Assembly (NCBI GenBank): GCA_963815455.1
Contig: CAWFGO010000001.1
Span: 1-64,000, forward strand
DNA from: an uncultured Verrucomicrobiae bacterium
GTDB taxonomy: Bacteria; Verrucomicrobiota; Verrucomicrobiia; Chthoniobacterales; UBA10450
Length of the DNA: 64,000 nt
Direction of reading: 5' to 3'
In this document: piece by piece, positions 38,748-49,117 of the stretch
Layout of the letters: every line of letters starts with the position of its first letter
Numbering within the stretch: the stretch's first letter is position 1
Notes under the pieces: generated by a model
Database searches by the model: none
What the model was told of the DNA's origin: nothing
The model's input: only the letters and a program-made list of their open reading frames with translations
Position numbers and translations under genes: made by a program

Positions 38748-39926
38748 CTAAAATTGAATCCAGGTCTGCTGCTCGACCCGTCCAGTTTCAGCTTGCCGGA
38801 ATAGACAGACCCACGAAGCGAGAAGCCAGCCAGTGATAAATCCGCGAAGACAAACAAGGATACATTTCCAAAGAAAAAGCGCCATTAGACGATCGGCAAT
38901 TGCGCCGCGGGCAATGGCATCGGCCACGGTAATGAAGAAAAAATGGATCGCGCAAATAAGCAGGAACCAGCCAAACCGCCCGGAGTTCCGGCCGATAAAT
39001 TGCCAATGAGCGCGGATGGCGGCGCTCAAATTCTCGTTGTGCAAGGCGAGTGAGATTTGAACGGAACAAAAGGCAATGATCAAGCCGCTCATTAGAGTGC
39101 GTTCCAGGGGCAGATAGTCGAGCACGTTGGGAATATTCATGAAGTAAGCGAGCCAGAGCGGAAGCCGCACAATGAACAGGCTGACCAGGACAACAATGCC
39201 GGCCCACTCCAGCACGTAACTGAAGCGGCGCATCGCGAATCGGAGAAGTTCCCCTTCTTCGAAGCCAAGTCCTTTAACCCAGAAGAGACAAACCGTGATT
39301 AAATACACCTGGATGTAGACGCCGAGCAGATACTCGAAAATGAATGCCACCGCATCCACTGTGGCTGAAATCTTCAACAGCAGCGGCGCGGCGATCACGC
39401 TACCCCACTCCGGCAGCACCCAGAAAGCAACCGGTTTCAAGAGCGAGGCCAGTGCTCCGATCAGCAAGCTCGAATAGATAAGGTAACTCCAAAAACGGTA
39501 CCTCTTCCACAACGAACCAAAGAGCACGCCGTGCAATCCACGCCAATTCAGGAACAAGAGAACTGCCGCAACGACCGAAAGCGGATACGTCGTCGTTGCA
39601 TTGTCGAAAATTCCGGCCACCCCTTCCAACGCGGGCAATGGCGTTTCCTTCCAGACCTCGGTGAACCCGGGAAAGTACCAATCCGGCAAGGAAGCAATCT
39701 GGTTAAGATCGAGATCCGTCGTGTTCTGGATCGGAGTAAAGGTGGCGAACTGAAAAACAAAATAGCCGAAGCCGAGCACTACAAACGTCAGCGCGACCCG
39801 TTTGAATCGCGTAATGCAACGAAACCCGTCGCGGAGGGCCAGGCGCACCGGATTGAAAAGCATCAGGATAACGTATCCGCCGATCAGTCCGAGCAGCGGA
39901 TACACTCGTGACGCGCTTGAGAGCAT
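38748..39926 (-). CDS. Polytopic membrane protein, unknown function
   Basis: 392-aa ORF with about 9 hydrophobic helices, in operon with lepB. Confidence 0.8.
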   Translation of the reverse strand: MLSSASRVYPLLGLIGGYVILMLFNPVRLALRDGFRCITRFKRVALTFVVLGFGYFVFQFATFTPIQNTTDLDLNQIASLPDWYFPGFTEVWKETPLPALEGVAGIFDNATTTYPLSVVAAVLLFLNWRGLHGVLFGSLWKRYRFWSYLIYSSLLIGALASLLKPVAFWVLPEWGSVIAAPLLLKISATVDAVAFIFEYLLGVYIQVYLITVCLFWVKGLGFEEGELLRFAMRRFSYVLEWAGIVVLVSLFIVRLPLWLAYFMNIPNVLDYLPLERTLMSGLIIAFCSVQISLALHNENLSAAIRAHWQFIGRNSGRFGWFLLICAIHFFFITVADAIARGAIADRLMALFLWKCILVCLRGFITGWLLASWVCLFRQAETGRVEQQTWIQF

Positions 39927-39939
39927 GGAGCCCCGCTGG

Positions 39940-41037
39940 CTAACGAATCAATCCCCAGTGCCGATTGAATGGCCAGTAAACAAGCAAACCGCGTCCCACC
40001 AGATTTTCCTGCGGGACCACGCCCCAGTAGCGGCTGTCCGCACTGTTGTAACTGTTATCGCCCAGCGCAAAATAGGCGTCCGGCGGCACCTCGAATGTAC
40101 TATTGGGGAGCCCAAGATAGCTCTGGCCCGAAGCGCCACCGTAGCCGCGATAGCCATCCCGCGCTGACATCACTCGTTTAAAACCGAAAGCCTCCCCCAC
40201 TTTCCCGTTGACGTAGAGCAGCGGCGGCTCGATCCGCAGCGTGTCTCCGGGCAAACCAGCCAACCGCTTGATATAGAATGGCTGGCCCGTTTCTGCGTCA
40301 CCCGGAATTCCGGGAATATTATTCGTTCGGAAAACAAAGACATCGCCGCGGTGCGGCTTAATGAAATTGTAACTGAATTTGTCGACAAAGACCTGATCGC
40401 CGGTATCCACGGCGCCCCGGGCAATGATTTCGCCCCGCTTATACATACGACCGGCTGTGACATTAAAATCGTGCCGGAGCGTATCCTGTGGCGCATAGAC
40501 CAAGTAGGTTTGATATCGGCAAATCAAGCGCGTGAAAGTGAAAAAGAAGAAGGTCTTTTTCTGTTGCACGCTGAGAATTTCGTCGTCTTGACGAGCGACA
40601 ACGTTGATGTAATTGCGACCCACAAAGACAAACTCGGCTGCCTGCCGCAGAATATTTGGCCCGGGCTCTTTGCTGGGATGGCCAATAATTCCATTCAGCG
40701 TCGGCTGCATCGATCCGGTCGGGATCTTGAACGGCTGCAAGAAATATGATCGGATCCCGATGGCCACCACGATCGCCACGAAAATGACTTCACAATTTTC
40801 CCGCCAATGCGATTCCCAGGTGATCGGGGTCAACCTGTGCATTTGCGCATCGAGCGCTTCGGCCTCGGTCTTGATCCGTTCGTGGTCCCGCTTCCGGAAC
40901 CCCTCCCGTAATCTTCCCATCGCGCCGGTCAATTCTTCTCGAGTCGCCGCGCTGAGCACATCGCTCTTGTAACGAAGATATTTTTGGGCGTGCCGCAGGA
41001 GCAGTTTGCTGTGCTTGACGTAACGTGGCGTAAACAT
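39940..41037 (-). CDS. lepB: Signal peptidase I
   Basis: PFKIPTGSMQPTL, GDQVFVDK, YIKRLAGLPGD, GDNSYNSADSRYWG. Confidence 0.95.
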   Translation of the reverse strand: MFTPRYVKHSKLLLRHAQKYLRYKSDVLSAATREELTGAMGRLREGFRKRDHERIKTEAEALDAQMHRLTPITWESHWRENCEVIFVAIVVAIGIRSYFLQPFKIPTGSMQPTLNGIIGHPSKEPGPNILRQAAEFVFVGRNYINVVARQDDEILSVQQKKTFFFFTFTRLICRYQTYLVYAPQDTLRHDFNVTAGRMYKRGEIIARGAVDTGDQVFVDKFSYNFIKPHRGDVFVFRTNNIPGIPGDAETGQPFYIKRLAGLPGDTLRIEPPLLYVNGKVGEAFGFKRVMSARDGYRGYGGASGQSYLGLPNSTFEVPPDAYFALGDNSYNSADSRYWGVVPQENLVGRGLLVYWPFNRHWGLIR

Positions 41038-41084
41038 GGCTTAGAAAATAACGGAGCAGGAATATCGAATGACGAATGAATTAC

Positions 41085-42884
41085 TCATTGAGCTGCTTTT
41101 AACACTTCGATAAATGCTTCCTGTGGAATATTGACCTTGCCAATGCTTTTCATCCGTTTCTTTCCTTCTTTCTGTTTCTCCAGTAATTTCCGCTTCCGGG
41201 TGATATCGCCGCCGTAGCATTTCGCTGTTACGTTTTTTCGCAAGGCCGAAACACTCTCCCGCGCAATAATTTTTCCGCCGATCGCGGCCTGGATCGCGAC
41301 CTGATAAAGCTGGCGCGGAATGACTTCTTTCAACTTGGAAGCCAGCTGGCGTCCCCTCGCCTCGGCTCGATCCTTGTGCACAATGGTGGAAAAGGCATCG
41401 ACCGGTTCGCCGTTTACCAGCAAATCGAGTTTTACCAATTTTGCCGCGCGATAGCCGGCGTGCTCGTAATCCATCGAACCGTAGCCGCGCGTGATCGACT
41501 TAATCTTGTCGTTAAAATCGACAAGAATCTCGTTTAGCGGAAGTTCGCAATGCAACATCACCCGCCGCGTATCGAGCGATTCGGTGTGGTCCATCTGCCC
41601 ACGTTTTTCGAGAATTAGTTGCAGAATATCGCCGATATTCTCGTTCGGACAGAGCACATACGCTTTCACAATCGGCTCGCGAACCTCCTCGATCAGGCTC
41701 GGGTCGGGCAAATGCGCCGGATTGTCGATCAAAAACGTCTCGCCGCGCGTCGTCTCGATTTCGTAAATCACGCTCGGAGACGTGGCGATGATGTCCATGT
41801 CGTACTCGCGTCGAAGACGCTCCTGAATGATTTCCATATGCAACAGCCCAAGAAATCCGCAGCGAAAACCGAAACCGAGCGCGACCGAGCTTTCCGGTTG
41901 ATAGACAAATGCCGAATCGTTCAGGCGCAGTTTCCCGATGGCCGTTTTCAAATGCTCGAAGTCGGCCGTGTTGATGGGATAAATTCCGCTGAACACCATC
42001 GGATGAATTTCCTGGAACCCGGGCAGTGGTTCGCGTGCCGGATTTCTTTGATCCGTAACCGTGTCGCCAATTTTTAGCTCCGCAGTGGTTTTAATGTTTG
42101 CGATGAAATAACCGACGTCGCCCGCATTTAGGCGCGGCTGCGCGTACATCTTCGGCGTGAATACGCCGACTTCCTTGATTTCGTAGCGCGCGTCGTTTCG
42201 CATCAATTTAATTGCCTGATCCGCTTCCATCTTTCCCGAGACTACGCGCACATAACCGACCACTCCGCGGTAGGCGTCAAACACAGAGTCGAAGACGAGT
42301 GCACGCAAGATCTCATCCTTCGGTTTCTCGGGCGCTGGGATTCGGTGGACAACGGCTTCAAGAATTTCCTCAATCCCGATTCCCATTTTTGCGCTGGCAT
42401 CGATCGCTTCCTCGGCCGGAATCGCGAGGATCTCTTCCAATTGTCGATGAACCGACGGCACGTCCGCATTGGGCAAATCGATCTTGTTGATGATGGGCAC
42501 AATGGTGAGCCCCTGCTTATGCGCGAGATGGACGTTGGCCACCGTCTGCGCCTCAACACCCTGCGCAGCATCGACAATTAGCAACGCGCCTTCACACGCC
42601 GCGAGCGATCGCGAAACTTCATAGGCAAAATCGACATGCCCGGGAGTATCGAGCAGATTCAGTCGATATTTTTCTCCGGATTTGCTCGTGTAATGCATCG
42701 CCACCGGATGCGCCTTGATCGTGATACCACGCTCCCGCTCGAGGTCCATCGAATCGAGCAATTGGTCCTGCTTTTCGCGCTCGTGGATCGTGCCGGTGCG
42801 CTCGAGCAATCGATCCGACAAAGTGGTCTTGCCATGATCGATATGCGCGATGATGCAAAAATTGCGCGTGAACTCGATTGCCAT
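41085..42884 (-). CDS. lepA: Elongation factor 4
   Basis: RNFCIIAHIDHGKTTL, DTPGHVDF, GFRCGFLGLLH, KCYGGDITRKRKLLEKQK. Confidence 0.98.
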   Translation of the reverse strand: MAIEFTRNFCIIAHIDHGKTTLSDRLLERTGTIHEREKQDQLLDSMDLERERGITIKAHPVAMHYTSKSGEKYRLNLLDTPGHVDFAYEVSRSLAACEGALLIVDAAQGVEAQTVANVHLAHKQGLTIVPIINKIDLPNADVPSVHRQLEEILAIPAEEAIDASAKMGIGIEEILEAVVHRIPAPEKPKDEILRALVFDSVFDAYRGVVGYVRVVSGKMEADQAIKLMRNDARYEIKEVGVFTPKMYAQPRLNAGDVGYFIANIKTTAELKIGDTVTDQRNPAREPLPGFQEIHPMVFSGIYPINTADFEHLKTAIGKLRLNDSAFVYQPESSVALGFGFRCGFLGLLHMEIIQERLRREYDMDIIATSPSVIYEIETTRGETFLIDNPAHLPDPSLIEEVREPIVKAYVLCPNENIGDILQLILEKRGQMDHTESLDTRRVMLHCELPLNEILVDFNDKIKSITRGYGSMDYEHAGYRAAKLVKLDLLVNGEPVDAFSTIVHKDRAEARGRQLASKLKEVIPRQLYQVAIQAAIGGKIIARESVSALRKNVTAKCYGGDITRKRKLLEKQKEGKKRMKSIGKVNIPQEAFIEVLKAAQ

Positions 42885-42941
42885 GGGAGGGGCACTATGC
42901 TGGCGCACCGGCGGTGGGTCAATCAGCTGCCCTTCCTACCA

Positions 42942-43027
42942 CTGTCATCCTAAGCGGAGTCGAAGGATCCCGTGGCGCCGCCTTCAACTTGTTCAACGGG
43001 ATGTCTCGACTTCGCTCGACATGACAG
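42942..43027. repeat. GTCAT...ATGAC REP-like element
   Basis: ctgtcatcctaagcggagtcgaaggatcccg...cgggatgtctcgacttcgctcgacatgacag. Confidence 0.85.
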
Positions 43028-43057
43028 CTTTTGTTGCGCTACGCTAGGATCGACAAT

Positions 43058-43561
43058 ATGCCAAAACTCGTCGTCAGCGGAACTGCTCACGAACTCACCG
43101 ATGAGCTCGTCACCATCGGGCGGGCTCCGGACAACTTGATCGTGATCGATGATCCATCCGTCTCGGGACGCCACGCGGAGATTCGGTTAAGCGGAGAAAT
43201 CTACAACCTCAAGGATCTCGGATCGACCAACGGAACGCGTGTCAACGGCATCCCGATTACCGAAACTGCTCTACGCTCCAACGATCGAATCCGTTTCGGC
43301 GCAATCGATGCCCGCTACGAATCCGACCAGCGCGGGTCGGAACCTTTGCCTCAACTCGAGGAAATCACAGCCAAACCGGCCGAGTCGAGCATGGCGCCCG
43401 TCGATTTCGCTAATGCGTCACCATTTCCGCGGCGCAAACAGAAGAGTGACCCGGTCCGCACCGCAATTTTGGGCGTCGCCGTTGTTGCATTCATCGCCTT
43501 CCTTGGCAGCATGATCGCCGTGCTGATGATGCACGCGCCGGGTCTTGAGGCCATGCTCTGA
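43058..43561 (+). CDS. FHA-domain protein with C-terminal TM helix
   Basis: TIGRAPDN, SVSGRHA, DLGSTNGTRVNG. Confidence 0.92.
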   Translation: MPKLVVSGTAHELTDELVTIGRAPDNLIVIDDPSVSGRHAEIRLSGEIYNLKDLGSTNGTRVNGIPITETALRSNDRIRFGAIDARYESDQRGSEPLPQLEEITAKPAESSMAPVDFANASPFPRRKQKSDPVRTAILGVAVVAFIAFLGSMIAVLMMHAPGLEAML

Positions 43562-43570
43562 GATGCTTTT

Positions 43571-43653
43571 GGAGGGACATGCTTCCGCATGTCCAGGACG
43601 TGCAGAAGCACGTCCCTCCGCCTCAAGGCACGCTCCACGGATGCCCCTCCAAC
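43571..43653. repeat. GGAG-type REP-like cluster
   Basis: ggagggacatgc-ttcc-gcatgtcc a ggacgtgc-agaa-gcacgtccctcc plus a third partial unit. Confidence 0.7.
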
Positions 43654-43734
43654 GAGGCAATCGTTGCTTGTCACGAACAGTCTGCACTTTGTCTGTGAAA
43701 ATCTGCGAAATCTGCGGATGATATATGTCGCAAA

Positions 43735-44421
43735 ATGACAAAAACGCGTCTTCTTCTTTTCGATATCGATGGCACGCTCATCAATTCGGGCGGCGCGGGT
43801 ATCCAGGCGCTAAAGGTAGCGCTTACGGAGCGCTTCAGCATCGCCGACGACCTCCACGACATCGAAATTGCCGGCATGACCGACTCCGGGATCGTTGTCA
43901 GCATCTTGAACAAGCACAAAATCCCGGCGACGAATGAGAACATCGCCGCATTCCTCGACAGCTACGCCCATTTCCTTTCGCTCGAATTGCCTCGGCGTTC
44001 CGGCGCACTTCTTCCCGGTGTGCGCGAATTGCTCGAGAAATTGAAATCAAGAAAGCACGTTGTCCTGGCGTTGCTGACAGGAAATATCTCGCGCGGCGCG
44101 CAGCTAAAGCTCGAACATTACGGGGTCTGGCACTTTTTCGAGTTCGGAGCGTTTGCCGATGACCACCACGATCGAAATCAGCTGGGCCCTTTCGCCCGGG
44201 CTCGGGCCAGGGAAATACACGGACGCGAATTCTCCGCCGCCGAGATCGACGTGATCGGAGATACCCCGCGCGACATTGCCTGCGGAAAGGCTTTCGGCGC
44301 TCGCACCATTGCCGTCGCGACCGGGACCTGGAGTCGCGAGCAGCTTTCCCAGCATCACCCGGATTTTCTTATTGATGACCTTGCCGATGTCGATCATCTG
44401 ATCGATACACTCGGGTGGTGA
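43735..44421 (+). CDS. HAD-family hydrolase
   Basis: FDIDGTL, LLTGN, VIGDTPRD. Confidence 0.92.
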   Translation: MTKTRLLLFDIDGTLINSGGAGIQALKVALTERFSIADDLHDIEIAGMTDSGIVVSILNKHKIPATNENIAAFLDSYAHFLSLELPRRSGALLPGVRELLEKLKSRKHVVLALLTGNISRGAQLKLEHYGVWHFFEFGAFADDHHDRNQLGPFARARAREIHGREFSAAEIDVIGDTPRDIACGKAFGARTIAVATGTWSREQLSQHHPDFLIDDLADVDHLIDTLGW

Positions 44422-44442
44422 CTGAATAACGATGGGGGATAA

Positions 44443-44790
44443 ATGAAAAAACCAGCACCGCCAGCCGTTATAGCACCGCGGAAAGATCGTCCGAATGTTC
44501 TGCCGCTCCAGGGCGAAATCGATCTGCACGTCTCGCCGATTGTCGCGGCGGCGCTTGCCAGGATGACCGAGAAAAGGCCGAGCAAGCTGATTGTCGATCT
44601 TTCCGGCGCGACCTATTTGGACAGCTCCGGTTTGGCGGTATTGATCGAAGCCATGCAGAACGTGGGAGAGTACGGGGGCGAATTCGCGCTGGCTGGCCTG
44701 CAGGAAAGCGTTCGCCCCATCTTCGAGATCGCCAAGCTCGATCAGGTCTTCCGAATTTTTCCGGACACCGATGCCGCCCTGGCCGGGTAG
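44443..44790 (+). CDS. STAS-domain anti-sigma factor antagonist
   Basis: GEIDL, VDLSGATYLDSSGL, IFEIAKLDQVF. Confidence 0.92.
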   Translation: MKKPAPPAVIAPRKDRPNVLPLQGEIDLHVSPIVAAALARMTEKRPSKLIVDLSGATYLDSSGLAVLIEAMQNVGEYGGEFALAGLQESVRPIFEIAKLDQVFRIFPDTDAALAG

Positions 44791-44972
44791 CGCACTGCCT
44801 GCCCGCCTGGGTGCGGGCGTCTCGCGTGCTGGCGGGCGAACAGGCTCCAACGCCTGAATTTTTCCCGATTTTCTCGTTGCGCTTCCAACCCTTCGGGACT
44901 GCTCCGAGTCGCCAGGCATGCCCGACTACCCTGACAGGATGGGAAGCCTGTCCTCCCATCTGTTTTCCCTCC

Positions 44973-45365
44973 TCACCAAACGATTTTGACGCCGTACGGT
45001 TTGAAGCGGCGGTCGGCGGTCAGAATGACGAGGTCTTCCACGTCGGCCTGGGCGATGAGCATCCGATCGAATGGGTCTTTGTGGTGCCATGGTAAATCTT
45101 GCAGGCGCCGACAGTGTTCTGGTTGAATCTCAATGCGCACCGCGCCGATCTCGCGCAGTTCGTTTACCAACTCCTGATGCCACTTCCCAGGCAATGCGAC
45201 ATCGAACCCGCCCTTGCTCAGCTTCAGCGCGATTTCCCAGAAACTCACCACCGAAAAAGCCAGCCGTTCCACCCGCTCGATCTCCAAACGCGCGCGTCGC
45301 GACAGACGCGGATCGTCGGTGGTCATCCAGAGAAGCGCATGCGTATCGAGCAGGATTCCTTTCAC
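44973..45365 (-). CDS. VapC-type PIN-domain toxin
   Basis: LLDTHALLW, SFWEIALK, HKDPFDRMLIAQA, TAD. Confidence 0.92.
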   Translation of the reverse strand: MKGILLDTHALLWMTTDDPRLSRRARLEIERVERLAFSVVSFWEIALKLSKGGFDVALPGKWHQELVNELREIGAVRIEIQPEHCRRLQDLPWHHKDPFDRMLIAQADVEDLVILTADRRFKPYGVKIVW

Positions 45366-45631
45366 CTGGATTGGAGCGGATCGCGGCGATCGGCCCGGTA
45401 AAACTCGCGCTCGATTTCCCGGTTCACCCTTTTCTCGTTAAAGGCGCGGCCGGGCTTACGGCGCCAATGCTTGAGTCCCCCGGTTCTGCGCCCGGCTCGC
45501 GGGGATGTCACCGGCTCGAGCCGGACCAGCGGCTTATCGCGATTGGCAATGATGACTTCTTCACCGTCCAGTGCCTTGCCGATCAATTTCGATAGATGAG
45601 TTTTGGCCTGATGGATAGTGGCTTGCGTCAC
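45362..45631 (-). CDS. Phd/YefM-family antitoxin
   Basis: TIHQAKTHLSKLI...GEEVII...PLVRL; GTGA overlap with the toxin. Confidence 0.9.
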   Translation of the reverse strand: MTQATIHQAKTHLSKLIGKALDGEEVIIANRDKPLVRLEPVTSPRAGRRTGGLKHWRRKPGRAFNEKRVNREIEREFYRADRRDPLQSR

Positions 45632-45664
45632 GGACGCTGAACTTAGCTAAGATGCTTAGTCATG

Positions 45665-46765
45665 TCAAAGGCGACACGCGCCAACCAGAATCGCGAGCGT
45701 TTGCTCGACGTTTTTTGCGATGCCGAATTGCGATGCTCGCTCGATGATGGCGGATCTTGCCTCAGCGCGCCGCGATGAATCCGACCAAAAACGAATCGCG
45801 TCCCGCAGGGCCGCGATATTGTTTGGAGCATCGACAATCGATCCGTGCGCGCCGTCGTCGATGATTTCGCTGAATCCGTTGCTGCGAGTTGTGATAACGG
45901 GAAGGCCCGACGCGAGCGCTTCGAGGCATCCGTTCGAAAACGGATCGTAGATTGTCGGCAGGATGAAAATGTCCGCTGCGGCATAAACCTGGCGAAGATC
46001 TGCCATTTCGCCGAGAAACCGGACAAATGATCGCTGGAATTTTTGCTCATCACCACGGCCCGCCACTAACAGTCGTAACTTCGGGTTCTTGCACGCCTCA
46101 ATCGCCTTTACGGCAAAACGCAATCCTTTTCGCTCCCAGCCGGAACCGGCGAATAGCACTGCGACTTCGTCCTTATTCAGTTTCAGATCTGTCCATGATC
46201 GTTCCCGGAACGCGGCATCGAAGCGAAATTCCTCGAGCGGCACGCCATTCCGCACAATATCGATCCGATCGGCAGGATAACCGTAAAAATCGCCGATTTC
46301 TTTCTTAACCATCTGAGAATTGGCAATCACCCGACTCGACTCTCGATTACCCAGAAGCGACTCTTCCAGTCGCAGGATATCATGGTGTTTGCGATTGAAA
46401 CCCCGCACGAGATTGGCAAAGGGGCCCCCGAACCTTTTTCTGCGTTCCAACCATGCTCGATGGACACCGTCACCTGCGCGATAAACATCGCACTGCCAGA
46501 TGCGCTCAAAGCTCATTAGCACATCGCACTGGATCTGGGATTGCATCCTTTTGACTTCGTCCGCGAATGCGATGGGCGACGTTGCTTGTAATCGCATGAT
46601 TTCATTGAAGGACAAATCATCGTGGGGCCAGTCCTCTGACGTAAAAAGGTGCGCGTGATGACCCTGAGCGACCAGGCCGCGGGCCAGCCGTTTCAAATAA
46701 GCTTCGGCGCCGCCGCTCGGAGAGTATCCGCGGCGGACAAAAGCGATACGAAGTTTTTCTGTCAT
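45665..46765 (-). CDS. GT4 glycosyltransferase (WaaG/RfaG-like LPS core)
   Basis: GGAEAY, YRAGDGVH, FAGSGWERKGL, PTIYDPFSNGCLEALASGLPVIT. Confidence 0.9.
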   Translation of the reverse strand: MTEKLRIAFVRRGYSPSGGAEAYLKRLARGLVAQGHHAHLFTSEDWPHDDLSFNEIMRLQATSPIAFADEVKRMQSQIQCDVLMSFERIWQCDVYRAGDGVHRAWLERRKRFGGPFANLVRGFNRKHHDILRLEESLLGNRESSRVIANSQMVKKEIGDFYGYPADRIDIVRNGVPLEEFRFDAAFRERSWTDLKLNKDEVAVLFAGSGWERKGLRFAVKAIEACKNPKLRLLVAGRGDEQKFQRSFVRFLGEMADLRQVYAAADIFILPTIYDPFSNGCLEALASGLPVITTRSNGFSEIIDDGAHGSIVDAPNNIAALRDAIRFWSDSSRRAEARSAIIERASQFGIAKNVEQTLAILVGACRL

Positions 46766-46842
46766 GTCGAGCGAAGTCGAGACATCCCGTGGCGAACCGA
46801 GGTGTTTTGCATCGGGATTCCTCGACTCCGCTCGGAATGACA
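46760..46842. repeat. GTCAT...ATGAC REP-like element containing the GT4 start codon
   Basis: tgtcatgtcgagcgaagtcgagacatcccg...cgggattcctcgactccgctcggaatgaca. Confidence 0.85.
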
Positions 46843-46880
46843 ACTTTACTTGCCTTTGTCCGCCACAATAGTTGCAAAGA

Positions 46881-48091
46881 ATGCCAGGTGAAATCTTAAA
46901 CGCAGGCACCCTTCCGGGAGCCCCCACAGCAAGGCAGCTCCCCCTGCCCAAGAGCTTACTTTACTCGATCTTCGCCCGCATCGGGGGGCCCGGGCTTGAT
47001 ACCGATTCGTTTGAAGCGTTGCGCGCGTCCTATCGTGGTGGGTTTCTCGGGCGGGCGATCGCCTACGATAATCGCCAGTCAGAGATTCCAGCGCGATTCA
47101 TTCAGTCGTTGCGCTGGCATCCCGTGCGCCTGATTTCCTTTCTCGATCGACCATATTATTACGGCGCAAAAAAGAAATATCTCGACTGGATCGCTTCACG
47201 CCACTTGGCAACGGGGCGTTACGATTTTTTTCACAGTTGGTCGGGGGACTGTCTGCAAACCCTGCGGATTGCCAAACAAAAGAAAATTCCATCGCTCATC
47301 GAAATCCCAACATGGCACCGGGATCGCGCAACGGGAAACGCGCCCCGCGCCACACGATCGACATCGACTACCTGGAAATCGCGCTTGTTACTCGAACACG
47401 AGCGCTTCATCGAAGAATACGATCTGGCCGATCTGATAGTCGTTCTTTCAGAAAAAGCGACTGAGACATTTCGCGAACGCGGTTTTCCGGACGAAAAACT
47501 TTATTATTTGCCGCGCGGCGTGGATGTGGACCGGTTCAAACGGCCGGGAACGGGCGGAAGCGGCCGCCTAATTTTCGCGCGATCTTTTCCGGCGCTTTAA
47601 TCGAACGCAAAGGAATTCATCATCTACTGGAAGCATGGGCCCGGCTTGATCTGAAAAATGCGGAGCTGTGGCTGATCGGCGCCGTTCATGAAGAAGCGAA
47701 GCCGCATCTGCAAAAATTTTGGCGCGACAACATCAAAGTTGTCGGATTTGTGCGCGATCCGGAGAATTATCTCAATCAGGGCACCGTTTACGTATTTCCA
47801 TCGCAGTGGGAAGGCAGCGCGAAAACGATTTACGAAGCCGCCGCTTGCGGTCTGCCAATGATCACAACGCGCGAGGCCGGCGATGTGGTTCGGGATGACG
47901 TGGAGGGGATCATCGTGCAACCGGGAGATGTCGATGCTATCGCCGCGGCGTTGGAACAATTATATCGGCATCCGGAAACAGTTGAGCGCATGGGCCGCGC
48001 CGCCCGCCAGCGGGTGGTGGAAAATTTCACGTGGGATCATTACCGAACGCGATTACTGGAAGCGTACACGACTGCGATGCAAAAGCCGTAA
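46881..48091 (+). CDS. GT4 glycosyltransferase, frameshifted near 47540-47580
   Basis: N-terminal part ends RGVDVDRF; other frame continues GALIERKGIHHLLEAW...PSQWEGSAKTIYEAAACGLPMIT. Confidence 0.85.
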
Positions 48092-48100
48092 TGATTTCTT

Positions 48101-49111
48101 GTGAAGATTCTGCTCCTTCAACTAAAGCGGATCGGCGACCTGATTGTAACGACTCCGGCGATCGCCGCGTTGCGCGAAACATTTCCAGACGCACATATCA
48201 CACTCATTGTTTCGAATGAGTGTGCCGCCTTGATTCCGGCGATTTCGAATGTCGATCGTATCCTCGTCGTCTGTCGCAATCTGAGCGATCTCGCAATCAT
48301 CTTTGCGATTGCCCGTCAGAAATTCGATTATTGCATCGATTTCACCCGAAACGATCGCTCGGCTCTTTTGGCTTTCGTGTCCGGCGCGCAAAAGCGGGTG
48401 GTATCCGAACGCATCAAGCATAAATCAAAAATCCGCGCGCGAATTTACAACGAGTTTGTGCCGCATCGTATGCGCGACATGCAAACGCTCGATTACAATC
48501 TGGCGTTGATCGAACCGCTCGGAATTAGGAATGCCTCGCGCCGGATGCATCTGAAACTGCCGCAGGTCGCGCACGAAATGGCCGATTCGCTTCGACGCGA
48601 TACCAAGATCGACAGTTCCTTCATCGTGTTTCATCCCGGCTCAGCGCGCCCGGAAAAATTCTGGGAGGCGCAACGATGGGCCGACGTGATCGATCATGCG
48701 CGGTCGACCTGGCAACTCAACGTCGTGCTCACCGGCGGCAGCTCCGATTTTGAGCAACAACATATCCGTGAAATCAAATCGAAAGCGCGTCAACGCATCG
48801 CCGATCTTTCCGGTAAAACTGATCTGCTCACGCTGGCCGCGCTGATCGCAAAGGCGCGATTGCTTGTAACTGTGGACTCCGCGCCGATGCATCTCGCCGC
48901 CGCGACCAGCACGCCGCAGGTTGTTCTGTTCGGCCCGACAAATCCGTTTCACTGGCGACCGCAGGATAGCCCGGCGCTAATCATGCAGGGACCATCGACA
49001 TCTCCAATCGCCGAATTTGCAGCGAAACAGGCCCGGTTTTCAATGAACCAAATCTCGACGCAAGCGGTGATTAGTGCTATGGAATCGCTGCTGTCATCCC
49101 CCGCGGCGTAG
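48101..49111 (+). CDS. GT9 LPS heptosyltransferase (WaaQ/RfaQ-like)
   Basis: IGDLIVTTP, FHPGS...KFW, GKTDL, VDSAPMHLAAA, LFGPT. Confidence 0.92.
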   Translation: MKILLLQLKRIGDLIVTTPAIAALRETFPDAHITLIVSNECAALIPAISNVDRILVVCRNLSDLAIIFAIARQKFDYCIDFTRNDRSALLAFVSGAQKRVVSERIKHKSKIRARIYNEFVPHRMRDMQTLDYNLALIEPLGIRNASRRMHLKLPQVAHEMADSLRRDTKIDSSFIVFHPGSARPEKFWEAQRWADVIDHARSTWQLNVVLTGGSSDFEQQHIREIKSKARQRIADLSGKTDLLTLAALIAKARLLVTVDSAPMHLAAATSTPQVVLFGPTNPFHWRPQDSPALIMQGPSTSPIAEFAAKQARFSMNQISTQAVISAMESLLSSPAA

Positions 49112-49117
49112 CTGCAC

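Noticed and set aside
42942..43027. tRNA-like cloverleaf in GTCAT...ATGAC elements (contain TTCGA/CTCGA)
   Set aside because: No D-arm or anticodon-arm geometry and no CCA; multi-copy palindromic repeat instead.
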